Assembly (NCBI GenBank): GCA_965262815.1
Contig: OZ253560.1
Span: 2,868,582-2,932,581 of the forward strand
Source of the DNA: a bacterium
GTDB lineage: Bacteria; JAAXHH01
Length of the DNA stretch: 64,000 bases
Reading direction: 5' to 3'
The notes beneath the pieces were generated by a model. It saw nothing but the letters and a program-made list of their open reading frames with translations, did no database searches and was not told the origin of the DNA. The position numbers and the translations under genes were made by a program. Positions 51,949-61,917 of the stretch are shown in pieces; the first letter of the stretch is position 1, and every line of letters begins with the position of its first letter.

Positions 51949-53509
51949 GCCGCTCCTGTTGGATTTTCCAACGCATCCAAGAGAGGTAACCCATATTTTG
52001 TTACGCAGATCATCCAGGAAAGCAAGCGACAAGAAAGAAAGCGAAGGCCCGACAAGACGGATAGCCAGGGAGCGGGTTCACCACGTATTCGGCCCGAACG
52101 TCTCTCCGGCCATCACCGTCAACCGCGGCGAGACCATCGTCGTGGAAACACAGGATTGTTACCGGGGTCTTCTCACGGAAGAACCCGAAACGCATCGTAA
52201 CTTCGAACAATCCGGCGGCATACCGGTAACCGGTCCCATTTACGTGGAAGAAGCCCACATCGGCGACGTCCTGTCCATACAGGTGAAGCAGATCACACCG
52301 GCGGGTACCGGCGTGTTCGCAGTGCGGCCGGAAACGGGCGTCCCCGGGCAGGAGATCCAGGATACGAAAGTACGTATACTGGAAGTGAACGACAAACAGG
52401 TCCAGCTGGATGACCGGCTGAATCTACCGGTACACCCGGTGATAGGAATCATGGGCGTGGCCGCCAAGCACGGGGAGATCGATTCCGTTTACCCGGGCAG
52501 GCACGGCGGAAACATGGACACCCTGGAAATCACGACCGGTTCCAAGATCTTCCTGCCCGTACAGGTCAATGGCGCCCTGCTGTCGCTGGGAGATGTCAAG
52601 GCCTGCGTGGGCGACGGCCAGATCGCCGGTTCGGGCGTGGAAGTCGAGGCGGAGGTCACCGTGAGAGTGGACACGCTGCCGGGCGGCCGGTTTTCCTGGC
52701 CCCGGGTCGAATCGAAGGGCGAATGGGTTACCATCACGTCCGCGTCCACGGTCGACCAGGCTGCGCGCCTGGCAATCACCGAGATGGTGAAATGGATCTC
52801 ACAGGACAAGGGACTTGATTTCGATACGGCCTACGCGCTGGTCAGTCTTGGCGGCGGACTCCACGTCAGCCAGTGGGGAAATCCGCTCATTACCGCGCGC
52901 ATGGTGTTTCCAAAGCGGTTGATCAGCAAGATCAAATCGCAACCTACCGCTTCCGGCCAGCTCAATTTCCGTTCTCTGCCCCCCGCGGCCAACGGCGACA
53001 CCGGTGGCGAGACCGTGGCGGCCGAAGCCGAACAACCCGCATCCCGGTCATCCCGAAAATCCGGCTCGAGCCGGTCGCAGCGCTCATCGGGCAGGTCCCG
53101 GCAGACGGGGAGCCGGAGAGGTACGCGCCAACGGTCGAACGGCGCCGCGGACCCCGCCAGCGACGACGGCACCGTGAAAGAGGCGGCCCAGGAGAACAGC
53201 GACGCAAAGGAAAGCCGGGTCACCGCGAATGGTAAAGGACAAGAGAACAAGGCAGGCAGGAACGGCAAAGGCAAGGATAAGGCCGTGCAGCAGGACAAGT
53301 TGCCCGAGCAGGGAGAACCGACCGCCGTCCAACCTGAAACCGCTCCCGCGGCAAGGGTAGAACCCGATGCCGTGACTACGCCGTCGGCCGACCCGTCAAG
53401 TGCTAAGGATGTACGCAAGGACGATTTGAAAACCGAAAACGCCAAACCGGTAGAAGAGGTCCGCAAGCCCACCTACGGGAGAAGGCAGCGTACGGTCCGC
53501 AGGACCTAG
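51920..53509 (+). CDS. Acetamidase/formamidase (FmdA_AmdA) family protein with a roughly 200-aa intrinsically disordered RS/KE-rich C-terminal tail
   Basis: Core VHHVFGPNVSPAITVNRGETIVVETQDCYRG...GDVKACVGDGQIAGSGVE. True start may be TTG at about 51998 (AGAGAGG RBS), after the upstream stop. The tail is SRSSRKSGSSRSQRSSGRSRQTGSRRGTRQRSNG...KGKDKAVQQDK... Confidence 0.7.
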   Translation: MPTETSSSAEPLLLDFPTHPREVTHILLRRSSRKASDKKESEGPTRRIARERVHHVFGPNVSPAITVNRGETIVVETQDCYRGLLTEEPETHRNFEQSGGIPVTGPIYVEEAHIGDVLSIQVKQITPAGTGVFAVRPETGVPGQEIQDTKVRILEVNDKQVQLDDRLNLPVHPVIGIMGVAAKHGEIDSVYPGRHGGNMDTLEITTGSKIFLPVQVNGALLSLGDVKACVGDGQIAGSGVEVEAEVTVRVDTLPGGRFSWPRVESKGEWVTITSASTVDQAARLAITEMVKWISQDKGLDFDTAYALVSLGGGLHVSQWGNPLITARMVFPKRLISKIKSQPTASGQLNFRSLPPAANGDTGGETVAAEAEQPASRSSRKSGSSRSQRSSGRSRQTGSRRGTRQRSNGAADPASDDGTVKEAAQENSDAKESRVTANGKGQENKAGRNGKGKDKAVQQDKLPEQGEPTAVQPETAPAARVEPDAVTTPSADPSSAKDVRKDDLKTENAKPVEEVRKPTYGRRQRTVRRT

Positions 53510-53541
53510 AGCCACTGACTGGCACTGGGTCGCGTATCCTG

Positions 53542-53563
53542 GGACGGCTGACTCACGCCGTCC
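53542..53563. terminator. 7-bp perfect stem hairpin (GGACGGC-loop8-GCCGTCC) between convergent genes; possible bidirectional terminator
   Basis: Seen directly between the formamidase stop (53509) and the Minf_1886-like stop (53600). No U-tract. Confidence 0.3.
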
Positions 53564-53599
53564 TGGAGCCGGGGCGCCGCAGCAGGACAGGTTCGTCTT

Positions 53600-53989
53600 T
53601 CAGCGGCGCTTCGTCTCCACTTCTATCTGGAATTCGGTCTCGAAGGCCGTGGTGAAATCGTATACCTCGTCGAAATCCTCGATGGCGTCCTCTTCGGTTT
53701 TTCGAAGTAGTCCCTCGTTGACGAGATTGAAGACGATATCGCCGAAGTGGCGGGTTTTCGTGATGTTCCACTCTTCGAAAACCAGTCTCACCGATATGCC
53801 GAACCGCTCGATGGCGAAGTCCCGGATGCCCAGGGACAGTTCCTTCCCCGTGATATGCCTTCGGGCGGATAGTTTCCCCACCGTATACGAAACGGCTTCC
53901 ATGACGAAAAGGTAGGCCCGCCGTGGAAAGCGGCCGTCCTTTTCCAGGATGCTGTCCAGTACTTCCTGGGGATCCTGTTCTTCCGACAC
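53600..53989 (-). CDS. Minf_1886-family conserved hypothetical protein (about 130 aa)
   Basis: AYLFVMEAVSYTVGKLSARRHITGKELSLGIRDFAIERFG...HFGDIVFNLVNEGLLRKTEEDAIEDFDEVYDF matches this family's conserved core as I recall it. GTG start with GGAGAG RBS. Last gene of a minus-strand operon. Confidence 0.55.
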   Translation of the reverse strand: MSEEQDPQEVLDSILEKDGRFPRRAYLFVMEAVSYTVGKLSARRHITGKELSLGIRDFAIERFGISVRLVFEEWNITKTRHFGDIVFNLVNEGLLRKTEEDAIEDFDEVYDFTTAFETEFQIEVETKRR

Positions 53990-54034
53990 GTCACACTCTC
54001 CGCGCTTGCCTGAAGTCGATGAACGCCAACCCGG

Positions 54035-56029
54035 TCACCAGGTCTGGACGGGATGCCCGGCCTGTGGAAACCACTGGGTATCCGCCACGTAGGACAGGAA
54101 TACGCCGAGCACGAAGGCGACCAGCATGCCCATTGCGGCCGGTATGGCCTTTCGGTAAAGCTGGATGCCTCCCAGCCTAAGTAACAGGGCCTTAACGAGC
54201 CACACTACGAAAACCGAGAAGACGGAACTGGCCATGCCGGGCGTCAATACTACGGTGAATCCTATGGGATGCAATGCCCACCAGGAAAACCGATGATGGG
54301 CCTGGATGAGCAGCGTAGTAATCACGCCGCCGATGGCCATAAACCAGAATTCCGCACCCGTAATCGCCTGCTCGTTGTTGATCCATTTCACGAGATTGTC
54401 GTAGGGCAGCTTGCTCCCCGTGTTGAAGGCGGGCTCTAGAAAGTTCGACGCCCCGCTGTGTGTATATCCCAGGTACACGGTGTACGCCACCGCCACGATG
54501 ATGCTGAGGGCGAGCACCCCGGTGATCGCACGGAACGCCCCCTTTCCCGTTCCCCCCATTTCATCGTCCACCTTGGCGATGTGTCCCATGGAACACATAC
54601 CGAGGGTCCGCCAGTTGCGTGCATAGGCGTTGCCGATGGCCAGGTTGGTCAGGTCCTGTGTACCAATGCTGCCGGATCCGATGACGGCCACGGTGAAATC
54701 ATGGGTTTCGAAGGGCAGGTCCAGGAACACGATGCCCGTTTCCGCCACGATGCGGGTCACACCAACGAACATGATCAACAACGACCCCATCATGAAGGCA
54801 ATGATGCCAAGGGACATCCCCGAAGCGTACAGCCAGCAGACGATATACGTTACGCCCCCAAGCACGCCCAGCATGGCCATGCGATAGGAGAAGAACTCCT
54901 TCGAATCGTCCACATGGGGGGCTCTTCCAATCGCCTTCATGAACACGTTCTTCAGATGGCGCCGCGCGGCCCACAGGGCGAAAAGGGAGAAGATGAGAAA
55001 CCCCCCGGAATGCTGCGATTTGACGACCGCGAAGGCCTGGGGCACGCCAAGCCGGATCATGATGCCCTGCTGAATGGTCATAAGGACGAAGAAAATCCAG
55101 ATGCTGAACAGGACATTCAGATTGGTAAAATAGCCGACCCCGGCTACCAGAAAATTGAACTTTACGGGTATGGCGGGAAAGGACCTGGCCAGGACAAAGT
55201 TGAAATTGTGCATGGGGCCTATGGGGATTGGCCCGACCCAGTTGAAGAAGCTGATGATGTTCCAGAGGAAGATGAACAGCGTTATGCCGAAGGCGTACCA
55301 GAACAGTTTCGACTGCATCACGGCGGGAAGGGCCCGGCGTCCCGTCCCTTCCTCGATCAGGATCAACGGGATCTGCGCCAGCGGAAAGGTCAGCCTTTCG
55401 TGTTCCACCCACTGCTTGCGCAGCATGACCATGGCCGATGCGCCGACGACGAAGATCGCGAGAAAAAAGGTGATCCACCAGAAGAGAGGTATCGACCAGG
55501 TGTTGCGCAACAGCCCAAGGATAGAGGGACTGCTTTCCGGTACACCCTCGAAAAACCAGGATATGGCCCGGTGCTCGTTGGAAATGATGAGCCATGAGGG
55601 CAGGTACTTGAAGAATAGTTCCGCCCACTGGTTCTCCGTTGTTGCATAGTAGTGAGGCGCGGTGATGGCCGAAATCCAGTAGGAACTGAAGGGCCAGGCG
55701 GGAATGGTCGAAGCCGTGAAGACCAGGAAAAAAACGACGATGAGTTCATACCGGTTCAGGACCCAGGCCGGCCAGAAGAACTTCATCAGGGGATTGAAGA
55801 CCAGCAGGACCAGCATGAAGGGGAACAGCGCGGCGACGGGTAGATGGGTCAGGCTGATATAGGAGGACCCGGTGACATACGCCGCGTGGATCGTCCATAT
55901 ATTCAGGAGGACGGACATGACGACACCGATAAACAGTGCCTTTTTTGTCATACCCGACTTGAGGGTCGCCCTGGATCCTCCGCTTTCATCTCTACCGGTC
56001 TGCGGGGATGTCGTGCTGGAAAGGGACAT
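54035..56029 (-). CDS. Large polytopic membrane protein (about 14-16 TM), unassigned family, putative transporter; paralog of 59929..61911
   Basis: 664 aa, hydrophobic segments throughout, no recognisable family motif. Shares blocks with the paralog (SKEFFSYRMAMLG/REEFFSYRTAVFG; NAYARNWRTLGM/NAFARNWRTFTM; RIVAETGIVFLDLP/RIVAEAGLVAMDLP). Confidence 0.7.
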   Translation of the reverse strand: MSLSSTTSPQTGRDESGGSRATLKSGMTKKALFIGVVMSVLLNIWTIHAAYVTGSSYISLTHLPVAALFPFMLVLLVFNPLMKFFWPAWVLNRYELIVVFFLVFTASTIPAWPFSSYWISAITAPHYYATTENQWAELFFKYLPSWLIISNEHRAISWFFEGVPESSPSILGLLRNTWSIPLFWWITFFLAIFVVGASAMVMLRKQWVEHERLTFPLAQIPLILIEEGTGRRALPAVMQSKLFWYAFGITLFIFLWNIISFFNWVGPIPIGPMHNFNFVLARSFPAIPVKFNFLVAGVGYFTNLNVLFSIWIFFVLMTIQQGIMIRLGVPQAFAVVKSQHSGGFLIFSLFALWAARRHLKNVFMKAIGRAPHVDDSKEFFSYRMAMLGVLGGVTYIVCWLYASGMSLGIIAFMMGSLLIMFVGVTRIVAETGIVFLDLPFETHDFTVAVIGSGSIGTQDLTNLAIGNAYARNWRTLGMCSMGHIAKVDDEMGGTGKGAFRAITGVLALSIIVAVAYTVYLGYTHSGASNFLEPAFNTGSKLPYDNLVKWINNEQAITGAEFWFMAIGGVITTLLIQAHHRFSWWALHPIGFTVVLTPGMASSVFSVFVVWLVKALLLRLGGIQLYRKAIPAAMGMLVAFVLGVFLSYVADTQWFPQAGHPVQTW

Positions 56030-56106
56030 GGAAACTTCGATTTCCTATGGCGTTCCGTCGTTGCGGCGGACGGATCCGATTCACGGCCACTCGAAGGCCG
56101 CGCGGC

Positions 56107-57477
56107 CTAATCCCAGGTGTTCAACCCTTTCCGGCCGAATGCCGGAAGGAGTACAAAGTGGTCTTCCGTTTCCTTCATCCTGTGCAAAAGGAGGTCATGG
56201 TGCCGTATGATCTCCTCCCGGTACGCGGGATCGTCCAGGAGATTCCGCTGTTCCCAGGGATCATTCGCCAGGTCGAAAAACTGCCATGGACCGCCGCCGT
56301 GGTTGTCTCCGCGAACGGTGTACTTGTACCGGGCGGTCCGGAATCCGCGCCACACCCACTCGTAGAAGGCCATGCCCTGACGCAGTTCAGCTACGAATTC
56401 GAGCATCACCCCTTCCCTTTTCAAATGATCGGCGCCGCCATGTATAAGCGGGGTGAGGTCGGTTCCCGGCAGGTCGTCTCTCGGCTTCACTCCAGCCAGT
56501 CCCAGGATGGTGGGGAATAGATCCTCGGTGCAGACCGGATCCTGGATCGTGTCGCCGGCCCGCTCCGGACACCTGGGATCCGCCACGATGAGGGGAATGC
56601 CCGTCGACTCCTCGTAAGGCCACTGCTTTCCCCGAAGTCCATGGGCGCCGCCGAGTTCGCCGTGATCAGAAAGAAACAGGACAACGGTGTCACCCTGGAG
56701 TCCGGTCCGTAACAGGAAAGCGCCAAGTCGCCCCATGTTCCAGTCCAGGTTCTCCACCATGGCGTAGTAACGCTTCCGGTTGAGCATGATCCGTTCCAAT
56801 TCCCCGGTTTCGGCAGCCTCGACGTTGGGAGGCAGTACGATGTCCATCGCCTCCCAGGTGCGTTGAAGGGTCTCCGGCGCCTCGAATGGATCGTGGGGCG
56901 GCTCGACGGAGATCACCATGCAGAAGGGACGGGATGGATCCCGGTATTCCAGGTTGTCCATGGCCAGGTCGAAAAGCCCGTCGGTCTGGTACCCTTCAAT
57001 CGGTCGCGGCGTCGGGTCGTCGTCCTCGAAATAAAACGTATCGAAGGGACCGTTCCTGAGCTCGAAACCCAGCCATTTCTCCCAGCGGCCCCGGTAGGCT
57101 TTCTTTACGGGCGTCCGCCCGCACTGGCGGGCCGACCCCATGCGGCCGTGACCGCCGTCCAGGTGCCATTTCCCCGTGTATATCGTCTCGTACCCCGCCT
57201 CGTTGAATTCGTCCGCAAGGGTCCGCTCAGCAGGAGACATCCTGTATTCGATCCCCGGGACCTTCCGGTCATGGGCGTACAGGCCCGTCATGAAGGAAAA
57301 GCGGAAGGGGACGCAGATGGGGCAGGTCGAACTGGCGTTTTCGAAGCGCACGCCCCGGTCGGCGAGGGCGTCTACGTGGGGCGTAACGATGTTGGGATCG
57401 CCGTAGGTGGACAGGGCCTGGCGACGCAGCTGGTCACTCAGCACGATCAGAATATTGGGCGTTGAAACGGCCTTCAT
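56107..57477 (-). CDS. Formylglycine-dependent sulfatase, no signal peptide (cytoplasmic; choline-sulfatase-like)
   Basis: NILIVLSDQLR...SSTCPICVPFRFSFMTG is the CxPxR motif. Sulfatase core. GGACGAGG RBS. Confidence 0.85.
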   Translation of the reverse strand: MKAVSTPNILIVLSDQLRRQALSTYGDPNIVTPHVDALADRGVRFENASSTCPICVPFRFSFMTGLYAHDRKVPGIEYRMSPAERTLADEFNEAGYETIYTGKWHLDGGHGRMGSARQCGRTPVKKAYRGRWEKWLGFELRNGPFDTFYFEDDDPTPRPIEGYQTDGLFDLAMDNLEYRDPSRPFCMVISVEPPHDPFEAPETLQRTWEAMDIVLPPNVEAAETGELERIMLNRKRYYAMVENLDWNMGRLGAFLLRTGLQGDTVVLFLSDHGELGGAHGLRGKQWPYEESTGIPLIVADPRCPERAGDTIQDPVCTEDLFPTILGLAGVKPRDDLPGTDLTPLIHGGADHLKREGVMLEFVAELRQGMAFYEWVWRGFRTARYKYTVRGDNHGGGPWQFFDLANDPWEQRNLLDDPAYREEIIRHHDLLLHRMKETEDHFVLLPAFGRKGLNTWD

Positions 57478-57663
57478 CCAGGTTACCTCGTCCTGTCTCC
57501 GCGGGATGAATCAGTCTTAAATGGACCCGGCCGGCGCCTGGTGTGATGGCCGGGGTAATTGGGTTGTGTATCGCCGGGTGGCGTACTATATTGCCGGTCA
57601 AGAGAGTAACGAATCACCAACCACAAATCAACTGGATTTCCCATCGGCAACCGGTGCTTCCCC

Positions 57664-58521
57664 ATGAGCAAACCCGATGACCTGGATATCTACCTCTTCG
57701 ACCTGCAGGGCTTCATCCACATGAAGCAGGCCCTGACCGGGGCAGAGGTGACTGAACTGAACGCCTGCCTGGACGAAATCCCGCCCCTGTCTCCCGGCGA
57801 ATGGCACGGTTGCGTCCATGCCCATACCTATGGCACCGTGGACGGACTGAACCTGCAACAGATTTACGAGGCGGGCGCTCCCTTTGAAGCCCTGATCGAT
57901 CATCCATCCTGGATCGATAAGCTAAAGCACTTCGTGGGCGGGGAAGGGACGTTCGACTACAGCCACGGACCGCTGTTCATCGACGAAAACCTCGCCAATT
58001 TCCGGGAACCGGGCGAAGCGATCGGACTGCATTCCGGGGGATTCCCCCGGATCATGCGCAATGGATTCCGCTACGATGGCGGCCGGTTCATGTGCGGACA
58101 GATCAACGTGCTGATCGCCCTGACCGACATCGGTCCGGGGGACGGCGCCACCATGGTCATTCCCGGTAGCCACAAGTCCAACTTCATCCATCCCGAATAC
58201 GCCCGCCACGCCATGAAGCCGAAGGGGGCCTCCGTGGAAGGCATCTCCGCTTCCGTCGAATTGTTCATGGAAGCCGGCGACGCCCTACTGTTCGTGGATG
58301 GCATTTCCCACGGTTCGGCCACCCGCCGAAACGCGGGAACGCGGCGTATCGTGGTCTACCGGTACGGACCGTCCTGGGGCAACTTCCGCCACGGGTACCA
58401 ACCGTCACCCGAATTGCTGGACCGCCTGACCCCCGATCGCAGGAAGATCGTCTCTCCCCAACACGCCGCGCCTTCCGGGGCGCCTTACGGCAGTACTGCA
58501 TCAGGTCAGGGCGGGAAGTGA
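57664..58521 (+). CDS. Phytanoyl-CoA dioxygenase (PhyH) family oxygenase
   Basis: FDLQGFIHMKQAL...MVIPGSHKSNF... double-stranded beta-helix. 3' end overlaps the convergent sulfatase by 16 nt. Confidence 0.75.
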   Translation: MSKPDDLDIYLFDLQGFIHMKQALTGAEVTELNACLDEIPPLSPGEWHGCVHAHTYGTVDGLNLQQIYEAGAPFEALIDHPSWIDKLKHFVGGEGTFDYSHGPLFIDENLANFREPGEAIGLHSGGFPRIMRNGFRYDGGRFMCGQINVLIALTDIGPGDGATMVIPGSHKSNFIHPEYARHAMKPKGASVEGISASVELFMEAGDALLFVDGISHGSATRRNAGTRRIVVYRYGPSWGNFRHGYQPSPELLDRLTPDRRKIVSPQHAAPSGAPYGSTASGQGGK

Positions 58522-59867
58522 AACCGGCGGTCCAGCCGCCGTCTGAGCTCTCCTACCGTTTCCGGCCGGTCCGCCGCCACGTTTTCCTTTTCTTCAGGAT
58601 CATTCTTCAGGTCGTATAGTTCCGTCTCGCCCGTCTCGTGGGAGATCAGCTTGTATTCCGCCGTACGGACCAGCCTGAACTGACGCAGCGCGCTGGCTCC
58701 TTCCTCCCGGTGGGTAGACCGTTCCCCGGTGAGCACGGCGCCGAAGTCCATCGCGTCGAGGCCGTCCTGGGCCGGCAGTCCAGCCAGGGCGCACAGGGTG
58801 GGGTTGACGTCGATCAGTTCCACAAGGGCGTCGGAGGTTTGTCCACCCGGTATGCCCGGTCCGGCGGCGATCAGGGGCACACGCAGGGCCGCCTCGTAGG
58901 GCAGGGACTTGGTGTACATGCCGTGATCGCCCAGCATCTCCCCGTGGTCGCTGGCAAATACGACGTAGGTATCGTCCCCCATGCCTCGACGTTCTACGGC
59001 CTCGATGATCCGGCCCACCTGGTCGTCGATGAGTTCAGTGGCGGCGCAGTACTGGCGACGGGTGACCGCGACCTCATCGTCGGACAGGTCGCGACGCCGC
59101 GCGTTGACCCAGTCCGGTTTCCCTTCTCTCGCGCTGCGCACGGCAGGCGGCACCTCCGCGTCCCGGTAGCGGTCGGCGTAAGCCGCGGGTGGATCGAAGG
59201 GGTCGTGGGGACCTACGAAACTCACAAACAGGTGCCAGGGGTAGTCGTCCGGCACGGCTTCGATCCAATCGACGGCGCGACGTCCGATGTAAATGTCCTC
59301 GAAGGCCTCGAGGGGCAGGACCGAGTCGTGGGACGCGCCTTCGATCCATCCCTTCGCTCCCCGCGCCGCGTAGTCCGCCCAAAAGCCTTCGAAGAGCCCC
59401 TGATCCCGCAGCCAGAATCCGTACGGTCCCCGGGGTTCGTCCGCCATGCCGGCGTGCATCTTGCCCTCGCACTCCACGGGATGGGTAAATCCCCATCCGA
59501 ATACCCGGGGACGGTCGCCGTGAAGGCCGTTGTAGGAATCCGGCTTGGCGAGGTCGAGTTTACCCACGCAGCCTACGCGGTACCCCGCATCCCGCAGGCG
59601 GGCGTAATAGGGCGTGACGTGCCGGGGAAGGTAGCAATTGTTGTCCAGGCAACCCAGCCGCGCGGGCTGGTATCCGCTGGCCAGGCCGATGCGCGCGGGC
59701 GCGCAGACCGGGGCGTTGGTGATGCATTGCGTGAAGCGGATCCCGCGTTGCGAGAGCCGGTCCAGGTTTGGTGTATTCAAGAATGACGCCCCCGCCGAGG
59801 ACAGGTAGTCGTGGCGGTGCTGGTCGTCCATGATGAACAACAGGTTGGGGCGTTTGGTACCTGTCAT
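58506..59867 (-). CDS. Formylglycine-dependent sulfatase, no signal peptide
   Basis: NLLFIMDDQHRHD...ITNAPVCAPARIGLASG is the C(A)PxR motif. GCGAGG RBS. Confidence 0.85.
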   Translation of the reverse strand: MTGTKRPNLLFIMDDQHRHDYLSSAGASFLNTPNLDRLSQRGIRFTQCITNAPVCAPARIGLASGYQPARLGCLDNNCYLPRHVTPYYARLRDAGYRVGCVGKLDLAKPDSYNGLHGDRPRVFGWGFTHPVECEGKMHAGMADEPRGPYGFWLRDQGLFEGFWADYAARGAKGWIEGASHDSVLPLEAFEDIYIGRRAVDWIEAVPDDYPWHLFVSFVGPHDPFDPPAAYADRYRDAEVPPAVRSAREGKPDWVNARRRDLSDDEVAVTRRQYCAATELIDDQVGRIIEAVERRGMGDDTYVVFASDHGEMLGDHGMYTKSLPYEAALRVPLIAAGPGIPGGQTSDALVELIDVNPTLCALAGLPAQDGLDAMDFGAVLTGERSTHREEGASALRQFRLVRTAEYKLISHETGETELYDLKNDPEEKENVAADRPETVGELRRRLDRRFHFPP

Positions 59868-59928
59868 GGTTTAGCCTCGCATGTGTTTCGGGTTATCCCG
59901 ATCGTTCTTCCATGTTCTCGGGCAGGTT

Positions 59929-61911
59929 TCAGTTGATGAAGGATTCGAACTGGTGGGGCGTGGCCGGAAACCAGAGGCTGTCCACCAGGAACGAAAGCGC
60001 CATACCCACGACGTAGCCCACCAGGATGCCGAGGAAGAGGGGTTGCACCTTGCGGTACAGCGCTCCCCCGCCCAGGCGCAGCAGGATCACCTGGATGAGC
60101 CAGGCCAGCAGGAACGGCAGGAACATGAACCGGACGGTGTCCGCGGCCACGGCGACGAGTCCGATGGGATGCAGCGGCCACCAGAGAAAGAGGAAGCGCC
60201 CCAGGATCATCAGCATGTACAGGGCGACGCCGTTGCCGAAAAATACCAGTTCAAGTCCCGAAACACTACTCGCGCTGCTGTTCCACTGCATGATGGTATT
60301 GTAGAAGAACGGCACGAGATCGCCGGGCTTGGATAGCAGGTTGTCGGCGCCCACGGCGTAACCCGCGCTGATGTAATAATACAGCGAAGCGACGACGCTC
60401 ACGGCGAAGGACAGGCAGATCCACAGGAAGAGGTGCCGGGTGGCCGGCTGCATCCAGCGCTGGAGATACGCGGTGTGGGACAGCCCGATCATCGTGAAAG
60501 TCCGCCAGTTCCGCGCAAAGGCGTTCGTCATGCCCAGGGCGGTGATGGTGGAAGAGTTGAGGTTGTCGGCGCCGATGATGCCCGCGGTAAACACGTTGGC
60601 GTTCACCGGCAGGTCCATGGCGACGAGGCCCGCCTCGGCGACGATCCTGGCCATGCCGAGGTATACGATGAAGAGGACGGCGAGCAGGGCCAGGCTGACC
60701 GGCAGCGACATGCCGATGCTGTAGAGCCAGCCCAGCAGGTAGATCAATCCGAAGATCATTCCGAACACCGCTGTTCGGTAGGAGAAGAACTCCTCCCGGT
60801 CATCCACCGCCGGATCCTTACGGAACGCCCGCCTGCCCACGGCGGCCAGGTGATGCCGGGCCATCCAAAGTCCCCAAACCACCAGGGCGATCAGCGCGCC
60901 GATGGACTGCGTGCCCACCAGGCCGGTGGGTGACATCGTCGTTGCCGCCGTAACCCCGAGCATGTTCAGTACGCCGCGTTGCAGCGTCGTGAGCAGGAGG
61001 AAGAAGCAAAGGCTGAACAGGATCTCGGCATTGACAAAAAAGGCGAAACAGAGCACGAAGACATTCAGACGGATGGGAAGATCGGGGATCGACGGGTGCA
61101 CCTTCACGTACACCAGGTCCGGTCCCATGATGGGAATCGGTGAAACAAAGCCCCAGTAGGAAACGATATTCCAAAGCACGACGGCCAGCGACAGGACGAC
61201 GCCGATCCGGAAGGCGTTCGTGCGGACCATGGGCGGCCTGTCTTCGTCCTTTTGCAATCCCATCAGGTTGAGCGCCACCTCGCCCAGGGGGAAACGCAGC
61301 CTTTCGTGGCTGACCCACTGCTTCCTCAGGATGACCACGATGCACGCGCCGGTCCACATGAGGGCGGCAAAACACGACATCCACCACAGCAGGGGCGAGA
61401 TCCAGGCCATCCACGGGATGTCGTACCCGGGGCCGGCCCCCTCGTAGAAAATCCGTACCGCGTCGGTCTTGTCGCTGATCACCAGCCACGCGGGCAGCGT
61501 GTCGAAGAAGGTTTCCGCCCAACGGATTTCGGGACTCGCGTGATAGAAGGGTCCGGTAATGATGGAGACCAGGTACCGTGTCATGCCCCAGTCGGGTACC
61601 ATCGAACCGATCAGGCCCATGGCGAAAATCACGACCAGTTCGGAGGTTTTCAGGGTGTGCCTGGGCGCCAGGATCTTCAGCAGGACGTGGGGTCCCAGGA
61701 TCAGCACGAGGAAGGGGATAAGCAGCGCCGAGGGCAGATGGGCGTAGGTGACGTAGTTGTACCCGGCGTGGTCGGCGGCGAACTGTCCCCAGACGGCCAC
61801 CACGGCGGAAAGCCCTAGACCGATGATCCCGGCCCGCAGGGTTACGGCCGTTGATCCGCGGTTTCGAGGTGGTTCCGGGGAAATGGAATACCTCCGTTCA
61901 TGTTGCGGCAC
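59929..61911 (-). CDS. Large polytopic membrane protein, paralog of 54035..56029
   Basis: 660 aa, GTG start, same conserved blocks as its paralog. Lies between a PhyH gene and a sulfatase in one minus-strand operon. Confidence 0.7.
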   Translation of the reverse strand: MPQHERRYSISPEPPRNRGSTAVTLRAGIIGLGLSAVVAVWGQFAADHAGYNYVTYAHLPSALLIPFLVLILGPHVLLKILAPRHTLKTSELVVIFAMGLIGSMVPDWGMTRYLVSIITGPFYHASPEIRWAETFFDTLPAWLVISDKTDAVRIFYEGAGPGYDIPWMAWISPLLWWMSCFAALMWTGACIVVILRKQWVSHERLRFPLGEVALNLMGLQKDEDRPPMVRTNAFRIGVVLSLAVVLWNIVSYWGFVSPIPIMGPDLVYVKVHPSIPDLPIRLNVFVLCFAFFVNAEILFSLCFFLLLTTLQRGVLNMLGVTAATTMSPTGLVGTQSIGALIALVVWGLWMARHHLAAVGRRAFRKDPAVDDREEFFSYRTAVFGMIFGLIYLLGWLYSIGMSLPVSLALLAVLFIVYLGMARIVAEAGLVAMDLPVNANVFTAGIIGADNLNSSTITALGMTNAFARNWRTFTMIGLSHTAYLQRWMQPATRHLFLWICLSFAVSVVASLYYYISAGYAVGADNLLSKPGDLVPFFYNTIMQWNSSASSVSGLELVFFGNGVALYMLMILGRFLFLWWPLHPIGLVAVAADTVRFMFLPFLLAWLIQVILLRLGGGALYRKVQPLFLGILVGYVVGMALSFLVDSLWFPATPHQFESFIN

Positions 61912-61917
61912 ATTATG

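Noticed and set aside
58638-59786. 382-aa plus-strand ORF opposite the sulfatase at 58506-59867
   Set aside because: Antisense GC-driven ORF.
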